Below, one piece after another: positions 1-10,615 of a DNA stretch of 64,000 nt; positions within the stretch are counted from its first letter, which is position 1; the number at the start of each line of letters is the position of its first letter. The DNA lies in contig CM059432.1 of NCBI GenBank assembly GCA_030390025.1, positions 134,356,001-134,420,000 of the forward strand, read 5' to 3'. The stretch is from Squalus acanthias (Eukaryota). Made by a program: the position numbers and the translations under genes. Below the pieces are notes generated by a model. It was not told the origin of the DNA, searched no databases, and worked only from the letters and a program-made list of their open reading frames with translations.

Positions 1-140
1 ATGGAAGGTGGCATCATCAGAGCAGATGCAGCGGAGACGGAGAAACTGGGAGAATGGAATAGAGTCCTTACAGGAGGCGGGGTGGGAGGAAGTGTAGTCT
101 TTACTCTGGCCTTAAATCTATTTGATTTCCGGCTCTTCAC

Positions 141-240
141 AGTTCTGACGAAAGGTCATCGACCTGAAACGTCAACTCTCTTTCTCTCTCCACGGATGCT
201 GCCTGGCCTGCTGAGTTTTTCCAGCGTTTTCTGTTGTTAG
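141..240 (+). mobile_element. Penelope-like element 3' terminus with minimal hammerhead ribozyme motif
   Basis: Same terminal sequence as the GIY-YIG-bearing element at 43878-44538. AGTT-CTGACGA-A-AGGTC-ATC-GACCT-GAAA-C-GTC-AACT at 141-177. Confidence 0.75.
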
Positions 241-404
241 TCCAAATGTTAATGTTTGCTGGGGCTTGAATTCCAGCCTTTTAAAATTGAGATTCCTTAT
301 GTTAGGCCCAAATGCATTTTTATCACTCTGGGGTAGTTCCAAAGTCCTTTTTTTTCCTTAGATTTTTGGGGATCTGCAAATTTTGGAAACTTTACAATTA
401 TTAG

Positions 405-1725
405 GGACGTGGTAACAGGGCACTTAGAAAATCATAATATGATTAGGCAGAGTGAACATGGTTTTATGAAAGGAAAATAGTGTTTGACAAATCCGTTAGG
501 GTTTTTTGAAGATGTAACTAGTAGGATGGATAAGGGGGAGCCAGTGGATGTAGTGTATTTCGATTTTCGATTGGTGCCACACAAGAGGTTATTATACAAA
601 ATTAGGACTCATGGTATTGGGGGTAATATATTAGCATGGATTGATGATTGGTTAATGGACAGAAAACAGAGAGTAGGAATAAATGGGACTTTTTCAGGTT
701 GGCAGGCTGTAACTAGTGGGGTACCGCAAGGATCAGTGCTTGGGCCTCAGCTATTTACAATCTATATTAATGACTTGAATACATTACACACAGTCCCTTC
801 ATCTAAGTTTGCTGACGATACAAAGTTAGGTGGGAAAGTAAGCTGTGAGGAGGACGCAAAGAGGCCGCAGAGAGATACAGACAGGTTGAGTGGGCAAGAA
901 CATGCCAAATGGAATACAATGTGGGTAAGTGTGAAGTTATCCACTTTGGTAGGAAAAACAAAAAAGCAGAATATTTTTGAATGGTGAGAGACTGGAAAAA
1001 GTTTGCATTCAGAGGGACCTGGGTGTCCTTGTACATGAATCACAGAAAGTTAACTTGCAGGTACAGCAAGCAATTAGGAAAGCAAATGGTATGTTAGTTT
1101 TTGTTACAAAGGGATTGGAGTACAGGAGTAAAGAAGTCTTACTACAATTATACAGGGCATTGGTGAGGCCACACCTGGAGTACTGTGTACAGTTCTGGTC
1201 TCCTTACCTAAGGAAAGACTTATTTGCCTTGGATGGAGTGCAGTGAAGGTTTACTAGAATGGTTCCTGGGATGAGGGGATTGCCCTGTGAGGAGAGATTG
1301 AGTAGACTAGGCCTATATTCCTTAGAATTTAGAAGAATGAGAGGTGATCTAATTGAAACATAGAAAATTCTTAAGGGGCTTGACAGGGTTAATGCTGGGA
1401 AAATGTTTCCCCTGGCTGGGGAATCTAGAACACAAGGTCACAGTCACAGAATAAGGGGTAGACCATTTAGGACTGAGATGATGAGAAATTTATTCACTCA
1501 AATGGTTGTGAATCTTTGGAATTCTCTACCCCAGAGAGCTGTGGATGCTCAGTCATTGAGTATATTCAAGACAGAGGTCGATAAATTTTTGGGAACAAAG
1601 GGAATTAAGGGATATGGGGATAGTGTAGGAAGGTAGAGTTGAGGTAGAAGATCAGCCATGATCTTGTTGAATGGCAGAACAGGCTCAAAGGGCCAAATGG
1701 CCTACTGCAGCTCCTAGTTCTTATG
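405..1725 (+). mobile_element. CR1 LINE, 5'-truncated (RT C-terminal half plus 3' UTR), degenerate
   Basis: ORF fragments contain [39 protein letters not shown] and WNSLP. 3' end ggccaaatggcctactgc...ttcttatg. Confidence 0.93.
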
Positions 1726-1743
1726 TTGCAAATTTGTTTCATT

Positions 1744-2353
1744 GGCCCTGAATTTCCGATCCTGCATGCAGATGCCTCCGATCGGGAAAAATCTATGCAA
1801 TTACCTGCTGGTTCCGTAGGTCCCGAGACTTCCAATCCTGGGCCTCTCCTGGTCCGCGCGGGCAGAGGCCCAGGTATCCCAGGGGCGCAGGTGGTTCGCA
1901 AGAGTCCCTGGGATCACGTGGGCCACGGGGAACCAATCAAAGAAGGGAATCCCCCTGCAGACTTTTGACCGGTCTCTACGCACAGATTTGTCAAAAGTAT
2001 GAATGGGGCTCACTTAAAAAACACAGTTAAACATTAAATATTTTTTTATCACGTATTTAAAATTAGTTAAAATTACATTAAATTAAATAATTTAAACAAA
2101 AATTTTAATGTTTGAAAAAAATAATTAAAGTTTTTTATGGGGCTAAAAATAAACTTTTTTTTAAAAAGTATTTAAAAAATTTTCCCCCTCATTTATCATT
2201 TAAATTTTTTAATTTTTTTTTAAAACTCTCATGCTGGTAAAAGAGGATTCTTGACAGATCGGAAGTGCCGGGTTTCAGTGCATGCGCTTCGTATGCCTGA
2301 AACCGGCACTTGCGAGGCTCCTACGGGTGCATACGCACCCGTGGGGGTTGGAA
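1744..2353. mobile_element. MITE family A copy 1 (Harbinger/PHIS-like, right end lost)
   Basis: Left terminus ATT|GGCCCTGAATTTCCGATC. Internal sequence colinear with copies at 11416, 25029, 34712 and 60679. Confidence 0.8.
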
Positions 2354-2392
2354 TAAATAACCCAGTTTATCTCCCTTGTTTGAGTTGCTTAC

Positions 2393-2481
2393 TGGACTAT
2401 CACATTCTTTAACTGCAGCTTCACATTCTTCAACCCTAGCTTGTGTGATCAGATCACTTGTGTTCTTCTCTAGATCATCAA
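2393..2481 (-). pseudogene. HSBP1-family (probably HSBP1L1-like) coiled-coil exon; gene possibly decayed
   Basis: Translates to DDLEKNTSDLITQARVEECEAAVKECDSP, resembling HSBP1 DDLEKNIADLMTQAGVEE. Preceded by an AC acceptor and TTCTTTAAC branch motif, followed by a GTAAGC donor. Divergent to SLC66A2, as I recall for human HSBP1L1. Confidence 0.75.
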
Positions 2482-2594
2482 GTAAGAAGTTAAAGAAAAA
2501 CAGGATTTTTAAAACCTGTGATATTTGTAGCACCATGATAGTAACTTTTTAAAATATATTTTGTGAATTTTTTTATGATCAAGGTAAAGGATAT
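2482..2594 (-). other. U12-type (minor spliceosome) AT-AC intron, 113 nt
   Basis: Minus strand begins ATATCCTTT (2594 downward), has branch motif TTCTTTAAC (2497-2489) and ends in AC (2483-2482). Confidence 0.8.
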
Positions 2595-2615
2595 CCGTGC
2601 TAAGGAATAGATCAA
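2595..2615 (-). pseudogene. 21-nt micro-exon of the HSBP1-family gene (xDLFLST)
   Basis: Bounded by a T-rich tract plus CCAG acceptor and by the ATATCCTTT U12 donor. In frame with the DDLEKN exon. Confidence 0.5.
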
Positions 2616-2684
2616 CTGGCACAACAAAGGATTATAATGAAAAATAAATAAAGCAAAACCATCCTTGGGTTGTTAATTTGGTTC

Positions 2685-3557
2685 AGGCTTACAAAGTGTA
2701 AGTGTTTTCCTGGGACCAGCCAAATGGACTTCAATGTGTTTCTCTGGGTCCTATACATTTCTATCTTTGTATGAAGTAGGCTTACAAAGTGTAAGGGCTG
2801 GATTTTGATACTGGGGCGGGTTGGGGGTCGTGTCATCCGCATTTCGTGTTATCCACCCGACTGCAATTGGATGTGGGAGATTGATGCAATTTTCACCTAA
2901 TTGGGCAATTGAGTTCCAGCATGTGGGAACCCATGAACCAATTAGTGGTTTCAGTCTGAAAGTCGCCTCTGATGATGTCATCATTGCTGCTGCATTGAAG
3001 GTCTTCAGAGACTGCCTAGCCTTTGCTGTGAGTGGACCTGGATGCAAAATGAGGAGAGAGAGAGAGAGAGAGAATTTTTTTTGCATCCAGTTCCTCTCTC
3101 AGCAAAGGCCAGGCAGTCTCTGAAGACCTTCAATGCAGCAGCTACGTTGTAATAGTGGACCTGCAGCTGATAGTCAGCTATCCACTTGTGCTCCCGCCAG
3201 GTTTCACTGGCGTTTTTCACATCAGGCGTGCTTCACGTCGGAAAAGGGTTAAACTAGCTAAAATGTTTCAAAATGGCATTACAGAGCCAATTTAGGGTTT
3301 GTTAAGGGCTTTAATGGCCTCTCTCGCCTCTTGGAAGCGGGACGGAGTCGGGAACACCGCACACGATTTTATCAAAATTGCATGGAGGCGGGATCAGGTC
3401 TGCCCGCCACTTTTCGCAATTTTAACCCCCCACACACCTCCAAATCCGCCTCCACGGCCCTATGAAAATCCAGCCCTAAGTGTTTTCCTGGGACCAGCCA
3501 AATGGACTTCAATGTGTTTCTCTGGGTCCTATACATTTCTATCTTTGTATGAAGTAG
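2685..3557. repeat. 93-bp tandem duplication; second copy interrupted by a MITE
   Basis: 2685-2777 is repeated at 2778-2794 plus 3480-3557. Confidence 0.9.
2795..3476. mobile_element. PIF/Harbinger (Tourist-like) MITE, 682 bp, TAA target-site duplication
   Basis: TIRs GGGCTGGATTTT(G/C)ATA. TAA at 2792-2794 and 3477-3479. The empty site is visible in the adjacent duplicate. Confidence 0.88.
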
Positions 3558-4044
3558 AGCACTTTTCCCACTCATGGTACTGAGCATTTTGAGGTCATAT
3601 TAACAGTCAGTGCAGAGTGTAGCTTTCTAAGCATTCCTCAATGCTGTAATGTGTTTGAACACCAACCACAGAAGGACACTCCCTACGATGCTAGTGTAGA
3701 TTTTTCAAACCAGCCCTCCTTTATAGCCTTTTTGAGGGCTAGTGTCAATTTGTAGGAAAAAAACAGGCTAGATCACTATTCCACCCAGACCCCTGCACCC
3801 CCCATAATGTTCAACTTCAATTCTAAGCTGTATCAGCATTTTTGATTAATTAGGACAATTTCTTGGTACAAGAAGCAGGTATCAAATGGGAGAGACATTC
3901 ACTAAGACAACAATCTCAGTAAAAGGAGGTTGCTGTTTCTGTGATAACCCTTCCATATTCTGTTCTATAGGGGGGTAACTAGTTTTTTTTTAAGTCACAG
4001 GGAAAATGATTTATTAAAATGTTATGGGCAGCAGTTTGATGCAC

Positions 4045-4410
4045 ACAATTGGATACAGTGTCTTTGGGGCAAGGAAGGGGAAAATTCAGCAAGAGTTCCT
4101 GCTCCCGCTTGCTGTTTGAGCCCTGGAAAGATGGAAAATGTGCATGTGCGGATACTGGATGAAGACCGGACTGGACTCGGCTGTGATACCCCCTACAGTT
4201 GCATACTCAATAGTTCAGGGTTAAATTTTCATCTTTAGCGCTCACAGCTCAAGAGATTTGCACCCGGAGTAATGATAATGAAAATCTACCCTCTAATATA
4301 CAGACCCTCACATAGCAAAAGGCTTCAAGGGCAAGGTACCTGAAGGCGGCTGTTGCCTGTGGAACTATATCTCAGCATGAGTCACCACCTTCAAGAGAAG
4401 AGGGTGGGGG
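4045..4410 (+). mobile_element. AmnSINE2-like SINE, diverged
   Basis: Motifs ggaaggggaaaattcagc, ctggaaag, ggactcggctgtgat and gtggaact...gagtca...cttcaagagaagagg match my recollection of the AmnSINE2 consensus. Confidence 0.6.
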
Positions 4411-4500
4411 AAGTTTACACCTTTTCAGGATTGGCGCTGAATTTGTGGTCGGCATAGTTAAAAAGTACACGGCTGACATCCAAACGAAATCCACACTTAC

Positions 4501-4660
4501 CTCATGCAAACCCCCTTTGTGAAGTTGTTTTCAAACGCTGCAGAGTTGTGCACGGTGTAGCGGTCCACGGATCCCAGGGGCGTATCGTTGTGCGTATGCG
4601 AACCTGGGATCACGCGGGACGGTGCTCCTTTCACTTCCGGACACTTAGCCAATCAGGAAA
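4501..4660 (-). promoter_or_regulatory. Putative promoter and non-coding first exon of the minus-strand HSBP1-family gene
   Basis: CpG-enriched. ETS motif CACTTCCGG at 4632-4640, CCAAT at 4649-4653, strong donor GAG|GTAAGT at 4501/4500. Confidence 0.5.
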
Positions 4661-4938
4661 CAGAGGAGATTGCTAAAACAGGATTGTAAATATATGTCAA
4701 TAGAAGACAGAAGCCACTCTTAATTGGAAATGTTGGTTGAAGGGATTTAAAAAGGTAGGTGTATATATATTTTAGTTATGCCGGATTCGATCAAACATCT
4801 TTCAGAACTATGTGTAAATAATAATACTGCATTTGTTAGATGTACGGTTCTTACTTACTCAGTATTAAATCAGATGCTCCATTATTTGAATTGTGCTCAT
4901 AAAGTAGCAAACCCCAGTACAAAATGTTTCTATAAAGC

Positions 4939-5393
4939 AGAAAGAAAGACTTGCATTTATATAGCGCCTTTCACGACCACCGGACGTCTCAAAGCGCTTT
5001 ACAGTCAATGAAGTACTATTTTGAAGTGGAGTCACTGTTGTAATGTGGGAAACGCAGCAGCCAATTTGCGCACAGCAAGCTCCCACAAGCAGCAATGTGA
5101 TAATGACCAGATAATCTGTTTTTGTTATGTTGATTGAGAGATAAATATTGGCCAGGACACCAGTGATAACACCCCGGCTCTTCTTCAAAATAGTGCCTTT
5201 GGAACTTTAACAGTCCACCTGAGAGAGCAGACAGGGCCTCGGTTTAACGTCTCATCCAAAAGCCGGCACCTCTGACAGTACAGCACTCCACTGTACTGGA
5301 GTGTCAGCCTAGCTTTTTGTGCTGGAATGGGACTTGAACCCACAACCTTCTGACTCAGAGGCGAGTGTACTACCCACTGAGCCACAGCTGACA
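4939..5393 (-). mobile_element. DeuSINE (SacSINE1-like) tRNA-derived SINE, full length
   Basis: tRNA-like head with A/B boxes, Deu-domain-like core (gatgagacgttaaaccgagg) and LINE-like tail aaaggcgctatataaatgcaagtc. Confidence 0.85.
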
Positions 5394-6033
5394 CAGCATT
5401 GTAATACGTTGAGAAATAATTGGCACACAAAAACTTTGCCCTTAAACCAATATATTCAGTTTATAGAGTGCCTATTGCTGGTGTTTACTGTGCTTAATTT
5501 CTGGGTTCAAAAATTCATCGGGAAAGATTGTGACACATAGAAGAGCTGTCTGCCCAGTAAATTTTTAATCAGAAAATGCTGGAAACACTCAATGGGTCAG
5601 TAAGCAGCCGCCAACGAATACAATTTTCTCATCCTCCCTCCCCTTATGCTGTGCAACAGGCTCCTGTGCCTGCTTGCATCAGACGTAAAAAATTTCAGGG
5701 TAATTAATGCACAGTAGGTGGGCAATTAGCCCAACTTTTCGCCAGCACGTTGATTTGAATGGGTAGGTGAAACTTACAGCGAATCCGATGTGCTGTCGCA
5801 ACTTGACAGATCGCAAGTTCGGGATTCAGCGTATGCGGAAATCCTGAACTTGCAGTCAATTTAGAAGGCGGTACACCGTCATACCGACCACGTATTCAGG
5901 GCCAATATTAAATCTAGGCTCTCTTGATCATACTATAGAATTGTTTGGTTAATGTCTCACAGTCCTGTAAATATGTAGAGGAGCCTGCAAATAAAACTGA
6001 CAAAAGTGAGGGGAAGTCCCACCAACATGTATT

Positions 6034-6272
6034 ACAAACAGAAAATGCTGGAAATACTCAGCAGGTCAGGCAGCATCTGTGGAGAGAGAAACAGAGTTAA
6101 CGTTTCAGATCGATGACCCTTCGTCAGAACTGGAAAAAGTTGGAGATGGAACAGGTTTTTAAGCAAGTGTAGAGGCGGGGGAAGGGGAGGAAAGAACAAA
6201 AGGGAAGGTCTGTGATAGGATGGAAGGCAGGAGAGATTAAGAGACAAAAGGGATGATGGTGCAAGGCAAAAG
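6034..6272 (-). mobile_element. Penelope-like element 3' terminus with hammerhead motif (6095-6131)
   Basis: Near-identical to 43878-44118, which is attached to a GIY-YIG coding region. Confidence 0.8.
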
Positions 6273-6528
6273 GATTATAAACACGTTACCGGCAGGGACC
6301 AGATGGGCCAAATGGCCTGTTTCTGTGCTGTACATTCTATGTAATAAACATAGAAGTAAGAACTGCATATCGATAATGCTGCTTTTTAATAATACTTCAG
6401 TGGGATGTTAGTTGTTCACTAAAATTTGTTTGTGCCCTTTACTAGTAAGTAGCACAGGAAAGTAACCAGGTGTCAGGTGGGAGTATTTATTGTGCTTTCC
6501 ATGTTGTGCACTAATGACCTGGATCAAT

Positions 6529-6799
6529 GGCCACTGAACTTCCGCCTCAGGTTCACAGACGTGGTTCCCGAGCTGTGTGATTCCCGTAGTTATCCAGGGA
6601 AATTTGAAAGGTAGGGTTAAAAAGATGCTTAAGTGTCTGACAAGTACCTAATAATCATCTGAATTAGGTCGGCCGCCTCTGCCGTTTGGATCGCTGGCAA
6701 ACGCGCCCGAGAAAAAGGCGCGTGGGGGCGGGATAACAGCGGGCTCCCGACCTGCTCCTGCCTCTATTCCCGTCGCACAGACGTCAGAAAATTCCGGCC
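6529..6799. mobile_element. Small Harbinger-like MITE
   Basis: AAT|GGCC... and ...AAAATTCCGGCC|AAT termini, CpG-rich body. Confidence 0.5.
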
Positions 6800-7409
6800 A
6801 ATGTGTTTAAAAATTGTCCTTTATGTAAATTAACCATTTTACTAATATTTCATGAACTGAAAGCGTGTTTGCTTTTTTGCTACTTGCTAATCAGAAAATA
6901 GATGAAAGTAAAGAGCAAGATGTAAAATCCAGGCAGTTGGATTTCTGATTTGCCTCGTCTTTACCGTCACCCCCGCCGCCCCCCCCCACCCACCCCCTCC
7001 ATGTCTTACCAATTTATTCCACACCCTCTCCTCATATACGTGGAGATTTAAGACAAATAGTAAACCCTTTTTCGAAAACAAAAAGGATATATCAAGACAT
7101 GATCTCGTCATTTATTGCTGCCAACTTGCTCTGCAAGTGTGTTAATAGAGTTTTTGAACCTGTTGAGATATAAAACAGCACAGGCTAATTTTTAAAACCA
7201 CTTGTAAAAGAAGCAGAAACGAATGGTTATTCTAGTAAAGCGCTATACAATATAATAAAGAACATTGCCGCTCCAGTGCCAATGTAGGTGTTTTTTATCT
7301 CACCAAAATAAACTCCCTCATATGTGCTTCGTGTGTCCTTTATTTTTATCCTGCCTGTATCTTGTATCAGTAGAGATTACCTGGATAATCTGGATAATAA
7401 GATGACCAG

Positions 7410-7850
7410 TGTCAGCTGTGGCTCAGTGGGTAGCACACTCACCTCTGAGGCAGAAGGTTGTGGGTTCAAGTCTCACTCCAGGGACACTGAGCACATAAAT
7501 CTAGGCCGACACTCCAGTGCAGTGCTGAGGGAGTGCTGCACTGTCGAAGGTGCCGTCTTTCAGATGAGATGTTAAACCGAGGTCCCGTCTGCTCTCTCAG
7601 GTGGACGTAAAAGATCCCAAGGCACTATTTCTAAGAAGGGCAGGGGAGTTATCCCTGGTGTGCTGGCTAATATTTATTCCCTCAATCAACATAACAAAAA
7701 CAGATTATCTGGTTGTTACCACATTGCTGTTTGTGGGAGCTTGCTGTGCGCACGTTGGCTGCCGCGTTTCCCACATTACAACAGTGACTACACTTCAAAA
7801 AGTACATCATTGGCTGTAAAGTGCTTTGAGAAATGCAAGTCTGTCTTTCT
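7410..7850 (+). mobile_element. DeuSINE (SacSINE1-like) SINE
   Basis: Colinear with the reverse complement of 4939-5393. Confidence 0.85.
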
Positions 7851-8744
7851 TAATCTAAATCCTGCATTGCTACTTCACAGAAAGGTAAACTGTTTCTTTT
7901 TTAAGAGAGTGACATTCCGAGCACACTCTGATCAACTGGCTGATGCTATTTTATCATCTAAACTGTATATTCTAAGTTACAATATCGTCTTCTCCATGCA
8001 ACGCTTGAATAAGACCGTGGGGTGGTCCCCCTGTAAGATTAACCAAGCCTCAAAGAGATGTAGCTGTGAACGATTTTGTATGGTTTGGTACGCTGTAAAG
8101 TTGCACCCTGAGAAGCACAATAGCACCGTTGCATAAAGCAGGCTTATGCACGCAAATGCAGTTCAGAAAGGAAGGAAAAGGCTTACTAATTCTGACAAAT
8201 GCTGAACGGTGTGGGGGGTTCCTGTCAGTCATCCTTGCTGTCTGAGGAGGTAGGGTCTGGAGGATGTAAGTGTCGTTCTGTCTGGCTGTCAGCAAACTCC
8301 AAACGGACTATCAACTGCGTCCAGACCAGCTGCTTGGCAACAAGATCATTACAGAACGTAACGTTTGGCAAACGTTCAAAATCAGCAATGTGTTCATCAG
8401 CTACATAGGCCTCGACTGTCAAGTATCTATTCAGTTATACTACAACATTACAGCAACAATGGGAATATAAATGACGATTGTACAATGACTGTGGCGCACA
8501 GACGCCTGTAGAGGGGCTGAATGGCCTACTCCTATTCCTATGTTCCTAGTGTCTGTTCGATGGTTTATATTTCCTGCAAATGCCCACATGAACTTTTTGG
8601 ATCCATTGGTTTCATGAGATAAGCTCATGCACACTAAATGTCAGAAAGGCAAGTGCAAATATTAGTTGAGGTGAAATGTGATGGATATCCCTAGTAACAT
8701 CTGGGTAAAAAATATAGTCAGTGTATGTGTCTTTCACCCAATTT

Positions 8745-9060
8745 CTGCCCTCCTCTCCTGAAGGCACTGGCATGTTGGGTACAGGTGCCTCAGGGGCTGC
8801 CAATCCTCATGGTAACTGATCAAGTAACCGTTCCTCATTATTAGTCCAGACAGTGAGTGCCAACACATTATTTCACTGCTGGCAGCATCATAGTAAAAAT
8901 CCTGCCATGTTCTTCATCCAACACACAGGCAATTGCACTTTCCAGCAATGAGCACTGCACAGTAATCAGGAGTGTCAATCCTGGCTAACATTCCCCTAAC
9001 TAGCCTGAGAGCCATTGTACCATTTGCATTGCTGTCCTGCTGAAACCAGCTAACTCAGTT
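8745..9060 (-). mobile_element. AmnSINE2-like SINE, diverged
   Basis: cctcctctcctgaaggc ... ctttccagc ... aatcaggag ... cagctaactc, homologous to 4045-4410. Confidence 0.55.
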
Positions 9061-9279
9061 TGTAACCCAGTTTGTAAGGATCAGTACAAATTAGACTTTT
9101 ATTTGCATATATATTTCTCTGGGACTAGCGTAGAACACCGGGCACAAAAGCCTGCGTGAGGCTAATGTTGACAGGACAAAAAAATTAAAATTAAGAAAAG
9201 GGAGAGAAATGGCCTCAAACCATTTATCTGTGCATCACTGCCCTTTACATGAACTGCCGCCAATATCCCTCTCAAAGTT

Positions 9280-9655
9280 TAATAGAGGTGTTCAAAATCA
9301 TGAAGGGGTTTTGATAGAATAAATAAGGAGAAACTGTTTCCAGTAGTAGAAAGCACGGTAACCTGAGGACACAGTTTTAAGGTAATTGGCATAAGAACCA
9401 GAGGCAACATGAGGAGACATTTTTTACACAGCGAGTTGTTATGATCTGGAATGCGCTGCCTGAAAGGGTGGTGGAGGCAGATTCAATAATAACTTTCAAA
9501 AGGGAATCGGATAAACACTTGAAGAGGAAACATTTGCAGGACTATGGAAAAAGGCAGGGGAGTGGGACTAATTGGGTAGATCTTTCAAAGAGCCGGCACA
9601 GGCACGATGGGCCGAATGGCCTCCTTCCGTGCTGTATCATTCTATGATTCTATGA
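9280..9655 (+). mobile_element. CR1 LINE 3' fragment
   Basis: WNALPERVVEA...FKRE motif, gggccgaatggcctcct 3' hairpin and (ATTCTATG)2 tail. Confidence 0.88.
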
Positions 9656-10019
9656 AGGTTATCCTGGCCGCTGATTTCTTGGATCTGGTTAGCACTTTAC
9701 ATCCTGCACGCCCCCATGTTGGGAATGTAAAGTGCAGATTTCCCCACCTCCTTTTGCATAGATTAATGAGGCTTCTGCCTGTTTTGGACAGGAGCTTCCG
9801 ATGCCCATCCCATCCCCCAACGCGAGATTTGAACTAGCTCATTTGTAGGTGGAAATCAGTCTCTATAGGCGGAGATCAATGCGTTACACCCCGTCTGCAC
9901 CCATTTTCAAAATGTAACAGAGACCCAAATCAGTCAATACCACTGGGGAGAGACCAATCCCATAAAATTAGTCCATTTGAGAATAAATCAGTTTCACAAC
10001 GTATGTGTTTAGGCTCCAC

Positions 10020-10615
10020 AATTTAGAATTCTCTCCCTAAATCCTTCCACCACTCCAACTCCCCCTCCTCCTTCAAGGGCCTCCTTAAAACCCATCTCTT
10101 TGATGCACCTTTTACGGCCACCCCTTTTAATATCCCCTTCTTTGTCTTGGCATCTATTATTGTCTGATTATGCCTCTGTGAAGCGTAGGGTTGCCAACTC
10201 TGGTTGGCCATATTCCTAGAGGTGTCATCACATGACCTCCTGCCTCCAACCGCCCCGCCCCCACACTCCTGCCATTGGTCGCCCAACATGTCCATCCTCA
10301 CGGTGCCCCGCCTTCCTACACCAATTGGAAAGCGAATACTCTTCGTTACCTGATTGGATGATTCTTGACTGCCAGTCATACAGCCTTTTCCCCCCCATGT
10401 CCAATATTTTTATAAGTAGTAAACAAAAGTGTTCAAAGAAAATGAAAAAAACCACACAATTTTTTGAGTGCCCCTCTGATTTTACCGCAGGGTTGCTTAC
10501 ATCAGTGTCCTGGGGATTCCTGGAGCCTCCAGGCCAATCCTGGAGGGTTGGCAACCCTGGAGAAGCACTTTGGGACGTTTTTCTACTTTAAAGGCACTAT
10601 ATAAATGTAAGTTGT
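10020..10615 (+). mobile_element. L2 LINE 3' end interrupted by a hAT-like MITE
   Basis: gaattctctccctaaa...ctccttaaaaccc...tttgggacg...aaaggcactatataaatg, as in the 3' end of the L2 at 17225-19379. Confidence 0.7.
10186..10559. mobile_element. hAT-like MITE (TAGGGTTGCCAAC TIR)
   Basis: TIRs TAGGGTTGCCAAC / GTTGGCAACCCTG. Imperfect 8-bp TSD GTGAAGCG/GAGAAGCA. Second copy at 16712. Confidence 0.8.

Noticed and set aside
4411..4455. ATG-initiated MPTTNSAPILK on the minus strand as HSBP1-like exon 1
   Set aside because: Weak donor, phase incompatible with the downstream exon, and no similarity to HSBP1 N-termini.
7410..7485. tRNA-like sequences (also near 5320-5393, 27939-28010, 48500-48563)
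   Set aside because: They are SINE heads continuous with the SINE body, not tRNA genes.
7880..8430. Coding-like stretch with a faint tyrosine-recombinase-like phrase (SLEAWLILQGDHPTVLFKR, minus strand)
   Set aside because: Multiple stops and no catalytic motif I can identify; needs a translated profile search.
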